From: Candidatus Heimdallarchaeota archaeon
GTDB taxonomy: Archaea > Asgardarchaeota > Heimdallarchaeia > Hodarchaeales > S146-22
Assembly (NCBI GenBank): GCA_015520535.1
Contig: WAPZ01000684.1
Span: 1 to 8,581 of the forward strand
Direction: 5' to 3'
Length of the DNA: 8,581 nt
Shown here in pieces: positions 1 through 7,759 of this stretch. The translations under genes were made by a program, and so were the position numbers. Below the pieces are notes generated by a model. That model was not told the DNA's origin, made no database searches, and saw only the letters and a list, made by a program, of their open reading frames with translations. Numbering within the stretch: position 1 is the first letter of the stretch; each line of letters opens with the position of its first letter.

Positions 1-52
1 TAATTATCTCTATCCACTTGAGAGTTTGATAAGTTTTCTGGAGATTTTTTTT

Positions 53-57
53 GGAGG
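53..57 (+). promoter_or_regulatory. Shine-Dalgarno motif GGAGG for GTG start at 65
   Basis: Direct reading ...tttttttt GGAGG cttttcg GTG gaa... Confidence 0.6.
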
Positions 58-64
58 CTTTCGT

Positions 65-751
65 GTGGAAACCAGCCGCGAATCTACAACTGAAACGTTG
101 CTATTACATCCTATTAGAAGGAAAATTTATTCCATTGTGTGTGAAAGTCCCGGCAATTACTTCTATAAGTTATCCAATGTCTTATCACTTCCTCAAGGAA
201 CATTAAACTGGCATTTGCAGAAGTTAGAGGAATCTGGTCTATTAGGATCCTTCAAATGGGCGGGAAAACGTATTTATTATCCAAAAGGCATGCGTTCTGA
301 AAATGTCGAACGACTCATCTATACCCTCAATTCAAAGAATGCACGCAATATTTTTCTTTATGTATTGAAACATCCGGGGAGCTCACAATCGGATATTGCA
401 CGAGCCGTAAATTTACATCATGATACGGTTCGTTATTATCTTAACCGTCTTAAAAAAATTGATTTAGTTACCTTAATCAGAAAAGGCCGAGTTGTGCAAG
501 TGTATCCAACCGAAGAAGCACAAAAGTTGGTCGAAGAAAGTTTAAACATTATTACTGATTCTTATGTAAATTTTTTAATTGAAAAATTTAAGAAAGAATG
601 TTTACGGCCTGAAGTGCTTCAAAAAACCCCACGAATGCTTGTCATGCGGCTTGAATGTCCTAATGGTGAAGATATCATCCTTAACATAAAACTAGAAGAA
701 TGGGACTTCTTGAAAGAACTAAAAGATATTGACATCACCCCATCTGACTAA
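65..751 (+). CDS. Tandem winged-helix / ArsR-MarR-like transcriptional regulator (archaeal two-wHTH type)
   Basis: ORF 26..751 has two consecutive wHTH-like segments: 'HPIRRKIYSIVCESPGNYFYKLSNVLSLPQGTLNWHLQKLEESGLLGSFKWAGKRIYYPKG' and 'NARNIFLYVLKHPGSSQSDIARAVNLHHDTVRYYLNRLKKIDLVTLIRKGRVVQVYPT'. The listed TTG start at 26 is less likely than the in-frame GTG at 65, which follows a GGAGG motif at 53-57 with 7-nt spacing. Stop TAA 749-751. Confidence 0.8.
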   Translation: METSRESTTETLLLHPIRRKIYSIVCESPGNYFYKLSNVLSLPQGTLNWHLQKLEESGLLGSFKWAGKRIYYPKGMRSENVERLIYTLNSKNARNIFLYVLKHPGSSQSDIARAVNLHHDTVRYYLNRLKKIDLVTLIRKGRVVQVYPTEEAQKLVEESLNIITDSYVNFLIEKFKKECLRPEVLQKTPRMLVMRLECPNGEDIILNIKLEEWDFLKELKDIDITPSD

Positions 752-786
752 TATTCCTTATTTTTTGTAATAATGGCATTACAATT

Positions 787-1992
787 GTGATTAAATTGCC
801 GGTTGATGAAAAACGCTCTGTTTTGACTTCCTATAAAATAGCAAAAAATAATGGGCTGTTAATTCGCGGAGCACATCAAATCGTGGTTCATCGCGGTTTT
901 TTACGTTCCCTTGGCTTGGAATTCAAAGAAAAAGCGGTAATTAAACTGTATTCAGTCGATTTTCTTCCGTTTGAAGTTCTTGAAGATGCTGAAATTTCTA
1001 TTACATCATCCAGTTCTGTTTCTTTTGAAATCCATCCCACTTCACTAACACCACCGGACTGGGAGCGTGAAATCAAACATTTGCTCGAATTCGCTGAAAA
1101 ACAAACATTACGTCTTCTTACAATTGGCCCAGTTGCCTCTGGCAAATCAACGTTTCTATATACGTTAGCAAATGCCTTGAAAAGAAAAAATCCATCCGCA
1201 TCAATTGTACTTTTAGACTTAGACGTCGGACAAAACAAGTTGGTGGCTCCAGGTGTGCTTTCGGCCGCTGAAATCGTTGAAATCGGCTTACCGCCGTCAG
1301 TTAAAAGAATATGGAACTATTTCATTGGAACTAAAAGTCCACGTGGTCGAGTCTTTGATATTTTGACTGGACTGCAGAATTTCTTAACATTTCTTCAACA
1401 AAATCCGAGGTATGGCAATGTACATCTATTAATCGATACTTCGGGATATGTTACCGGTCATGAAGCATTATTTCTTAAAAATATGATTATTGCTGTATTG
1501 CAACCAAATATAATTGAATTATTTGTTCGCACGAATGGTCATGTACCGGTTCCCGATGCGGATGAGTTATATAACATTGTGTCTGCGCTTAACAGTGCAA
1601 ATCAGCTTGTTATTCCACCACACATAAAACAAACTAGCGCAAATGTCCGTTACGAAATGAGGACATCTCGTTTCAGAGCCTTACGTGAACAATCGCAGTT
1701 ACTGACACTGGATTTGGATCAAATCCATATGCGTTCGCTTTTTGGACAAATTCAAAACTTAGAACAACTCAAGAATCGTTATGTTGGCTTGCTAGATGCG
1801 TCTTTTTCATGCATTGGTGTCGGATTTATAGAAGATATTGACTTTTTCAATAAGACAATCACATTATGGGCGGTTCCAATTGTAGATACGCCTACAGTTC
1901 AACAAAACCTCAGATCTTTGATAAAAGAGATTGTTATTGGTTTTTTACAAATAGCAGTTGATGGAACTGAGATTTATCAAAATGTTAATTGA
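787..1992 (+). CDS. Clp1/Grc3-family polyribonucleotide 5'-hydroxyl-kinase-like P-loop protein
   Basis: Walker A 'IGPVASGKSTFLYTLANAL'. Clp1_P-like 'VLLDLDVGQNKLVAPGVLSAAEI' resembles the family's DxDxGQxxxxxPG pattern. 'LLIDTSGYVTGHEALFLKNMIIAVLQPNIIELF' resembles the family's 'DTxGwvkG...' motif. 'RYEMRTSRFRALREQ' resembles the Arg-rich segment after the core. GTG start, stop TGA 1990-1992. Confidence 0.75.
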   Translation: MIKLPVDEKRSVLTSYKIAKNNGLLIRGAHQIVVHRGFLRSLGLEFKEKAVIKLYSVDFLPFEVLEDAEISITSSSSVSFEIHPTSLTPPDWEREIKHLLEFAEKQTLRLLTIGPVASGKSTFLYTLANALKRKNPSASIVLLDLDVGQNKLVAPGVLSAAEIVEIGLPPSVKRIWNYFIGTKSPRGRVFDILTGLQNFLTFLQQNPRYGNVHLLIDTSGYVTGHEALFLKNMIIAVLQPNIIELFVRTNGHVPVPDADELYNIVSALNSANQLVIPPHIKQTSANVRYEMRTSRFRALREQSQLLTLDLDQIHMRSLFGQIQNLEQLKNRYVGLLDASFSCIGVGFIEDIDFFNKTITLWAVPIVDTPTVQQNLRSLIKEIVIGFLQIAVDGTEIYQNVN

Positions 1993-1997
1993 CTGAA

Positions 1998-2035
1998 AGA
2001 AAAATTAAAAAATTAAAGGGAAAAAGAAGAAAATA
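1998..2035 (-). terminator. Possible U-rich archaeal terminator for rpoA
   Basis: Immediately after the - strand TAA (2036-2038) the - strand reads tattttcttctttttccctttaattttttaatttttcttt, with several runs of T. Confidence 0.35.
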
Positions 2036-5000
2036 TTAGATGTTTTCATCATCACCGGGCTCGATTTCTTCGAAAACGTCGACTTCTTCCTCTTCTCCGG
2101 GGAGTAGCTCTTCCTCTTCCTCTTCTTCTAATTCAATTTCTTCTTCCTCTAGTTCTACTACTGGAACTTCTTCCTCTTCTTCAGCTTTCTCTTCGGCTTT
2201 AAGATCTTCTTCTAGTTTTTTCAGCCATTCCATGTCAATTTCGGATTCCCATGTTCCGGCTTCAGGCATACCAGGTTGCATGATTAGTTCGACGATACCT
2301 GTTCCTAAAGGAATTATTTGTCCAATAATTACGTTTTCAGTAACACCGCGTAATGGATCTACTTCTCCGGCAGTGGCAGCATCCAAGAGGTGTCGAACGG
2401 TGACCTCGAATGAGGCTCGCGCTAGGCTACTCTCTTTTTCGCCACTAATACCATGTCGGCCTAATTGAGTAACTTCGCCTTTGTAGGTCATTAGATCTGC
2501 TACTAGCATAATATGGCGGATGTCAACGTCGAGTCCTTGGTTGTTGAGAACTTCTTGTGCTTCGTCAATGATGGCTTGACGTGCGGCTTCAATACCAAAC
2601 GTTAATTGAATTTCATAAATATTGTTGGTATAGACCCGTGCCGGATCCACACCTTCGACACGTAAGACGCCGGAAAGATTTGATCCTTCTGCAAGTAATA
2701 CCCATTCATCTGAATCTTGTTCTTTTTTAACCATGACCCGTGTAAGTCCTTTTAGTCCTTTTAGTTCAATTTGTTTCACTTTTTCATTAATTTTGTAGAG
2801 GTCATCAAGCTGATCGACATTTGGATCGATAACGATTTCATTGTACTCGGAATCATAGGTTATCTCTGCTTTCTTGATATTCTTTTCGAGTTTTTCTGTA
2901 ATTAAGTCTACGGTAATTCCTTTATCTTCCATTAATTTTTGATCTAGATTTAAGATTATTTGCATTTGTGCTAAGTCTAATTCAAAAGATTCGCAGACTG
3001 TTTCGACCGTTGTCAATTCAAGACGGCGCTGGACTTGTAATGCTAATTCACGATCTTTATTATACGGTGGAAGTAAATAAATTTTCATAAAGGGCGAGGA
3101 GGGGTTTTTTCGTGCGTCTAAAATTTCTAATAGACGTGGAAGACCAAGTGTTACATTGAATTCTCGTACACCAGCATAGTGGAACGTTTTTAAGGTATTA
3201 TGGGTGACTATGCCCTCCGCCGTCACAAAGGTCTCAAATTTGTCGACGCTGAAGTCATACACATGTTCTGTTGGGGAATCAACCAATTCTAATTTGATAA
3301 TCTCGTCCCAGAAAACATCACTTTTCAGCGCTTGCTCTAGGGGTTGTGTTAAATCTTCAAGTTCTTTTTCATTCTGCGATGTCAGTTCTTTAAAGGCTGT
3401 TAGGATTCGTTCTAATTCATTTGCTTGAATTTCTTGTCTTTCTGTATATGTTCGGATTTTTTCTGCCAAGGGGTCACTGTCTGGAAGGTTAAATTCTTGC
3501 TGAAGGCGGTGTAATTCCATACCAATACCCGGAATAACGTCGTCAAACTCATCGGCTACGGATTGAACTGGCGCTTTTAGGCGTCTCTCGACGTTTTCGA
3601 TCATCTTGAGCAAAGATTCTTTTTTATCGGCAAGATCGGTGTTAACTTTCTCATAAAAGCGCGGAATGTAACGTGGTAATATGATAAGACTGTACTTCTC
3701 TTTATTACTCTTCTCTTTTCGTGTCAAAACACCAAGACGACTCAAAAGCAGCGAAATGCCATCTATTAAGTCTTTTGATGATAGTGTTATCTTAACTACA
3801 TGTTCTTGTATTCTTACCTTTCCAGCTAAATCAAACAAACCTCGAAGTAATCCCGTAATAAAGTCTGTGTTTGCATTTAAACTCCAATCTGGGATGCGTC
3901 TTTTGTCATAAGATACGCCGCTCAGTTGAGTTAAAAATGTCGCCAAGCCTTTTGAATCAAAATGGACAGTAACCTTATTTTCTTCGACGGCCGAAGGTTC
4001 TAATCTATATGTGATATGATACTTCTCTGCAAAGTTTCTGATTCTCGAAACAAACATGTCATCTAAGTCTTTAATTATAACTTTGTCCCTCGTAGTTGAT
4101 CCATTGAGAAGATAGTGACCAATTATCCATCCCGTTATAAAATCTAATTCTATGTATTCTTGATCTTCTACTGATGTCACCGAAGGAACATCGGTTATTG
4201 GAAGGCTAGCCATAATTTGTCCTTCTGAAAGTGGTGATATGGTTTCTGTCGTAATAGTTCCGAATATATTGGAATCTGATGGATCAAGGATTTCTGGTTG
4301 AAGGTATGCGGTATCTGGTGCGTGAGATATTGTATGTTGTGAGAGACCAGTATCAGCGTGTTTACTAGTCGGTGGTGAAACTTGATCGTGTCGTGCTTCA
4401 TTTAAGCCTAATGGTATGGCACGAAGGGGATTTTCTGACGGTAAGTTTCGTACTATTGGTAAGCGGTCACCAATACGAAGGTTTCGCCCTTTAATGGGAA
4501 GAATCTTATTTTCCTTTCTTACTACAAAAGAGTGTGATAACGTTGCTATAATTGTACGACCTGTTTTCGTGGTTATTTTTAGTAATTTACCATTTGGTGG
4601 ATGACGACTTACTTGAATCACACGATGCCACTCTATTTTTTCTTTGTCGGTTAAGGCGGGGACATAAAGTTCTAGATTCTCCGGTATATCAGCTATTGTT
4701 GAGCCATGTGCTGATGTTACATGGGTTGTTGCTGGTAATCGATTCAACAAACTGTCTATAAAAGGTCCTATTGGTGTTATTTTTGTGATATTCCCCATTT
4801 TTATGAGAACTTTTTCAGTACCGGGAAGTGACATCTGGGTACCGGGCTCACCAATTGACTGAGCTGCAACAGTCCCAATCGCCTCACCAGGATCGACTTG
4901 TGCACGTGTAAAGGCATCAATGGTGTTGATAGTGATATTTTCTACAATTTTTTGCTTTTGTAAGGAGGTTTCTAATTGTAAAATAGCCTCTACTAAGTCA

Positions 5001-7747
5001 TTTCGAACTTTAATCGGAAGAACGTCAAAGGAATTGACATATTCTCTTATCTGCTCTTCTGACCAAGGTTCACTTTCGAATTCTTCGGGATTTATACCAT
5101 ATTCGTATAATGTATCTTCAATGATAGTCTTTATATCGACCGATTTTCCATGGAAAGATTTCATCGGATCGATACCATCTTCACCATATTTCAACTGAAT
5201 AATCTGACCACTTGGGGAACGAACGACCCCGTCATAATGCACTGTAAGATCTTGTAATGCATTGATTAACCGTCGTTGAAGATATCCGCTCGTTGACGTT
5301 CGAACGGCAGTGTCGACTAACCCTTCACGTCCTCCTTGCGCATGGAAAAAGAACTCTAAAGGTGTAAGACCGTCTCTGAAATTTGCACGAACAAAGCCAC
5401 GTCCAAATGCCGTAATATCACCTTTTTTGAAATGCGGGAGAGAACGCTTGCGATAGCCGCGTAACACACGTTGTCCACGAATAGACTGTTGACCAACACA
5501 CGCCGCCATCTGTGTTACGTTTAAATCCGAACCGCGAGCACCAGCTTTAATCATTACTATCATTGAATTGGAAATGGTGAAATATTTACTTGCAATTCTT
5601 CCAGCTTCATCTCGCGCTTTTGTCAACACTTCCATGATTCTATCTTCTAACGTTTCACGTAACGTCCTTCCGGGACTGGGTTCTAGCGTTTTATTATGGA
5701 ACTCACGAATTAGGGCATTTACCTTTTCTTCTGCTTCATGTAAAGTGTCTTTGATTTTTTCTCGTGCTTCTGCGGGCAACACTACATTACGGAAACCAAT
5801 GCTAAAACCTTTATGGGTTATAAACTCTAAAAGCACACGTGTAAACGAATCTATAAAGATACGCGCTTTTTCACTCCCTAAATCCTTTACCACCAGGTGA
5901 AGAAGACTTTCCGTTTCATCGGCACCGATTGCACGACGATCTATATACCCAGTCAGTATTATACCATTTCGTATACGCAAATAACTGTCATAATTGCATT
6001 CTTTTCGATCACAAGATTCATGCTTCACACATTTGCGAGTGTTCGTGGTAATATTCACTTCGGGTGGTAATAACATGCTAAAAACTTGCTTTCCGGTCCA
6101 TCTCTTCACTGGATATTCAATGGCAGGTGGGAACAACTGTTCATCTTGATAGTTACCGCTCATTAACAATTGCCAGACGTCTTGACGCGTCAAAAGTGTC
6201 TTTTTATACGTCAGAAGAAAGGCTGCCGATACATAATCATGAAGCGCCCCGATAATTGGACCACCATACCGTGGCGAAAGAATCTGTTCTTGAACTAACA
6301 TCAACACTCGAGCTTCTGAACGTGCTTCTTCGCTCTGTGGAATATGTAAGTTCATCTCATCGCCATCAAAATCAGCATTATATGGGGTACACACGGCTAA
6401 ATTAAGCCTAAACGTCTTATAAGGCATGATTCTAGCTTGATGTGCCATAATTGACATACGGTGTAATGATGGCTGTCGGTTAAAAAGAACTAAGTCTCCA
6501 TCTCTTAAGTGGCGTTCGATCGTATAACCCGGCCCAACTTCTTCTGCAGCTTCTTGCAATGATTCTACGAACCGTAAATCCCGACGCTTACCATCAGGTC
6601 GAATCACATAATTTGCACCGGGATATCCTGAGGGACCATTGATTACTAATTCTTTCATTTCTTCTATGTTCCATTCTGTAACGCGTTCTGGTACCGTCAA
6701 AATCTTTGCAATCTCTTCCGGAACTCCTACTTCATTAATGGAAATATACGGATCCGGTGATATCACAGTACGAGCTGAAAAATCAACGCGCTTCCCCGAA
6801 AGATTTCCTCTAAAGCGCCCTTCCTTCCCCTTTAAACGTTGAGTTAACGTTCGTAATGATCTTCCAGAACGATGCCGTGCGGGTGGGATTCCCGCAACTT
6901 CATTATCAAAATAGGTGGTGACATGATATTGTAATAGTTCACTCAGATCTTCTACTATAAGTTGCGGCGCTCCACCCTCTATATTTTCTCTTAAACGCTG
7001 ATTAATACGAATTATATCCACTAATTTATGCGTAAGATCATCTTCACTACGAATACCAGATTCTAACGTAATTGAAGCACGAACAGACGCCGGCGGCACG
7101 GGTAATACTGTTATAATTGCCCATTCCGGTCGTGCATATTCCGGATCAATCCCTACAACCATTAAGTCACTATCTGGAATCTTTTCAAAACGTTGAGCTA
7201 TTTCTTGGGGACTCAGTTTCACTAATCCTTCCGGTGTTTCTTCTGAAAAGGTCGTCGGCTTTTCATATTTAATTTTAAATTGTTCGGCGCCACAATGAGG
7301 ACATTTCATCACTCTTTTAGCCTTTGCTACAACCACATCAATGATTTTTTGTCGATCTTCCATAAAATTGGAAAGAGACTGTAATTTCAAAAAATATCGC
7401 CGAAGTTCTCGATCCTCTAAGCGTATTCGAGAGCACTCTCGGCATGTAATCTTTAATAACTTGAAAACTACAGTTTTTGCCAACCCCACATGAATAACTG
7501 GCCGCGTCAACTCAATACGACCAAAATGACCCGGACAGTCTCCAATTTGATTCCCGCATGTTCTGCAGCGTTGTCCAGGTTCTATAGTCCCCAATCTCCT
7601 ATCCATAAGACCATTCTCGACGGGGGTGCCATCTTCATGATAAGTGTCGGCTGTAATGATGTTACAGACGGACATCTTACGAATGATGTCTGGAGACAGC
7701 AAGCCAAACTTAATTTTGCCGATTTTCTTAATTTGTGAAACTAACAT
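2036..7747 (-). CDS. rpoA: DNA-directed RNA polymerase subunit A (unsplit A'+A''; Rpo1), intein-containing precursor, 1903 aa
   Basis: N-terminal 'CRTCGNQIGDCPGHFGRIEL' zinc motif. 'KGKEGRFRGNLSGKRVDFSARTVISPDP'. 'RHLRDGDLVLFNRQPSLHRMSIMAHQ'. Catalytic 'YNADFDGDEMNLHIPQ' (N codon at 6377-6379). Bridge-helix region 'LTPLEFFFHAQGGREGLVDTAVRTSTSGYLQRRL'. 'VDPGEAIGTVAAQSIGEPGTQM' [intein] 'TLKTFHYAGVREFNVTLGLPRLLEILDAR'. C-terminal 'MTYKGEVTQLGRHGISG' and 'IPLGTGIVELIM'. A' and A'' parts are continuous in one frame. ATG at 7747, stop TAA 2036-2038. Confidence 0.97.
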   Translation of the reverse strand: MLVSQIKKIGKIKFGLLSPDIIRKMSVCNIITADTYHEDGTPVENGLMDRRLGTIEPGQRCRTCGNQIGDCPGHFGRIELTRPVIHVGLAKTVVFKLLKITCRECSRIRLEDRELRRYFLKLQSLSNFMEDRQKIIDVVVAKAKRVMKCPHCGAEQFKIKYEKPTTFSEETPEGLVKLSPQEIAQRFEKIPDSDLMVVGIDPEYARPEWAIITVLPVPPASVRASITLESGIRSEDDLTHKLVDIIRINQRLRENIEGGAPQLIVEDLSELLQYHVTTYFDNEVAGIPPARHRSGRSLRTLTQRLKGKEGRFRGNLSGKRVDFSARTVISPDPYISINEVGVPEEIAKILTVPERVTEWNIEEMKELVINGPSGYPGANYVIRPDGKRRDLRFVESLQEAAEEVGPGYTIERHLRDGDLVLFNRQPSLHRMSIMAHQARIMPYKTFRLNLAVCTPYNADFDGDEMNLHIPQSEEARSEARVLMLVQEQILSPRYGGPIIGALHDYVSAAFLLTYKKTLLTRQDVWQLLMSGNYQDEQLFPPAIEYPVKRWTGKQVFSMLLPPEVNITTNTRKCVKHESCDRKECNYDSYLRIRNGIILTGYIDRRAIGADETESLLHLVVKDLGSEKARIFIDSFTRVLLEFITHKGFSIGFRNVVLPAEAREKIKDTLHEAEEKVNALIREFHNKTLEPSPGRTLRETLEDRIMEVLTKARDEAGRIASKYFTISNSMIVMIKAGARGSDLNVTQMAACVGQQSIRGQRVLRGYRKRSLPHFKKGDITAFGRGFVRANFRDGLTPLEFFFHAQGGREGLVDTAVRTSTSGYLQRRLINALQDLTVHYDGVVRSPSGQIIQLKYGEDGIDPMKSFHGKSVDIKTIIEDTLYEYGINPEEFESEPWSEEQIREYVNSFDVLPIKVRNDLVEAILQLETSLQKQKIVENITINTIDAFTRAQVDPGEAIGTVAAQSIGEPGTQMSLPGTEKVLIKMGNITKITPIGPFIDSLLNRLPATTHVTSAHGSTIADIPENLELYVPALTDKEKIEWHRVIQVSRHPPNGKLLKITTKTGRTIIATLSHSFVVRKENKILPIKGRNLRIGDRLPIVRNLPSENPLRAIPLGLNEARHDQVSPPTSKHADTGLSQHTISHAPDTAYLQPEILDPSDSNIFGTITTETISPLSEGQIMASLPITDVPSVTSVEDQEYIELDFITGWIIGHYLLNGSTTRDKVIIKDLDDMFVSRIRNFAEKYHITYRLEPSAVEENKVTVHFDSKGLATFLTQLSGVSYDKRRIPDWSLNANTDFITGLLRGLFDLAGKVRIQEHVVKITLSSKDLIDGISLLLSRLGVLTRKEKSNKEKYSLIILPRYIPRFYEKVNTDLADKKESLLKMIENVERRLKAPVQSVADEFDDVIPGIGMELHRLQQEFNLPDSDPLAEKIRTYTERQEIQANELERILTAFKELTSQNEKELEDLTQPLEQALKSDVFWDEIIKLELVDSPTEHVYDFSVDKFETFVTAEGIVTHNTLKTFHYAGVREFNVTLGLPRLLEILDARKNPSSPFMKIYLLPPYNKDRELALQVQRRLELTTVETVCESFELDLAQMQIILNLDQKLMEDKGITVDLITEKLEKNIKKAEITYDSEYNEIVIDPNVDQLDDLYKINEKVKQIELKGLKGLTRVMVKKEQDSDEWVLLAEGSNLSGVLRVEGVDPARVYTNNIYEIQLTFGIEAARQAIIDEAQEVLNNQGLDVDIRHIMLVADLMTYKGEVTQLGRHGISGEKESSLARASFEVTVRHLLDAATAGEVDPLRGVTENVIIGQIIPLGTGIVELIMQPGMPEAGTWESEIDMEWLKKLEEDLKAEEKAEEEEEVPVVELEEEEIELEEEEEEELLPGEEEEVDVFEEIEPGDDENI
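2039..2215 (-). other. Acidic low-complexity C-terminal tail of RNAP subunit A (59 aa)
   Basis: Residues 1845-1903: LEEDLKAEEKAEEEEEVPVVELEEEEIELEEEEEEELLPGEEEEVDVFEEIEPGDDENI. My count is 34 D/E of 59, starting after the usual A'' C-terminal core ('IPLGTGIVELIM'). Confidence 0.85.
3197..4831 (-). mobile_element. Intein (545 aa, class 1-like, LAGLIDADG-type insert) in RNAP subunit A
   Basis: Block A 'SLPGTEKVLIKMGNITKI' starts with Ser1 (codon 4831-4829). Block B 'GKLLKITTKTGRTIIATLSHSFVV...LRIGDRLPI' has TxxH. Block C-like 'ITGWIIGHYLLNGS'. Block E-like 'RRIPDWSLNANTDFITGLLRGLFDLAGKV'. Block H-like 'ITLSSKDLIDGISLLLSRLGV'. 'DVIPGIGMELHRL'. Block F/G 'FWDEIIKLELVDSPTEHVYDFSVDKFETFVTAEGIVTHN' is followed by Thr+1. 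Removing codons 973-1517 restores GEPGTQM-TLKTFHYAGV, the conserved RNAP sequence. Confidence 0.95.
3662..4144 (-). other. Degenerate LAGLIDADG homing endonuclease domain within the intein
   Basis: Motif 1 'IIGHYLLNG' has Asn at the expected D/E position (codon 4105-4103, AAT). Motif 2 'LRGLFDLAG' has Ala at the expected D position (codon 3826-3824, GCT). The spacing of 93 residues fits a two-motif endonuclease fold. Confidence 0.75.
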
Positions 7748-7754
7748 TACGTTT

Positions 7755-7759
7755 ACCTC
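7755..7759 (-). promoter_or_regulatory. Shine-Dalgarno motif GAGGT for rpoA
   Basis: - strand reads tat GAGGT aaacgta ATG, with 7-nt spacing to the start at 7747. Confidence 0.55.

Noticed and set aside
888-1238. - strand ORF of 116 aa inside the kinase gene
   Set aside because: It is the antisense shadow of the Walker A-containing coding region with no recognisable protein features.
2040-2468. + strand ORF (142 aa) with a poly-serine N-terminal half
   Set aside because: It is the exact antisense of the GAA/GAG-rich acidic tail of rpoA. The serine runs are an artefact of reading TCT/TCC on the opposite strand, and there is no Shine-Dalgarno or recognisable domain.
5990-6040. Cys cluster C-x5-C-x4-C in subunit A ('RKCVKHESCDRKECNYDSYLRIRNG') as a possible novel zinc site
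   Set aside because: Similar Cys-rich segments at this location are, as I recall, a standard feature of archaeal largest subunits, so novelty is unlikely without an alignment.
3204-6842. Several + strand ORFs of 62-110 aa (3204, 3681, 4416, 4552, 4920, 5568, 6639) and the - strand ORF 4195-4401
   Set aside because: All overlap the strongly supported rpoA reading frame, including the intein, in another frame. They have no motifs or initiation signals, so they look like shadow ORFs.
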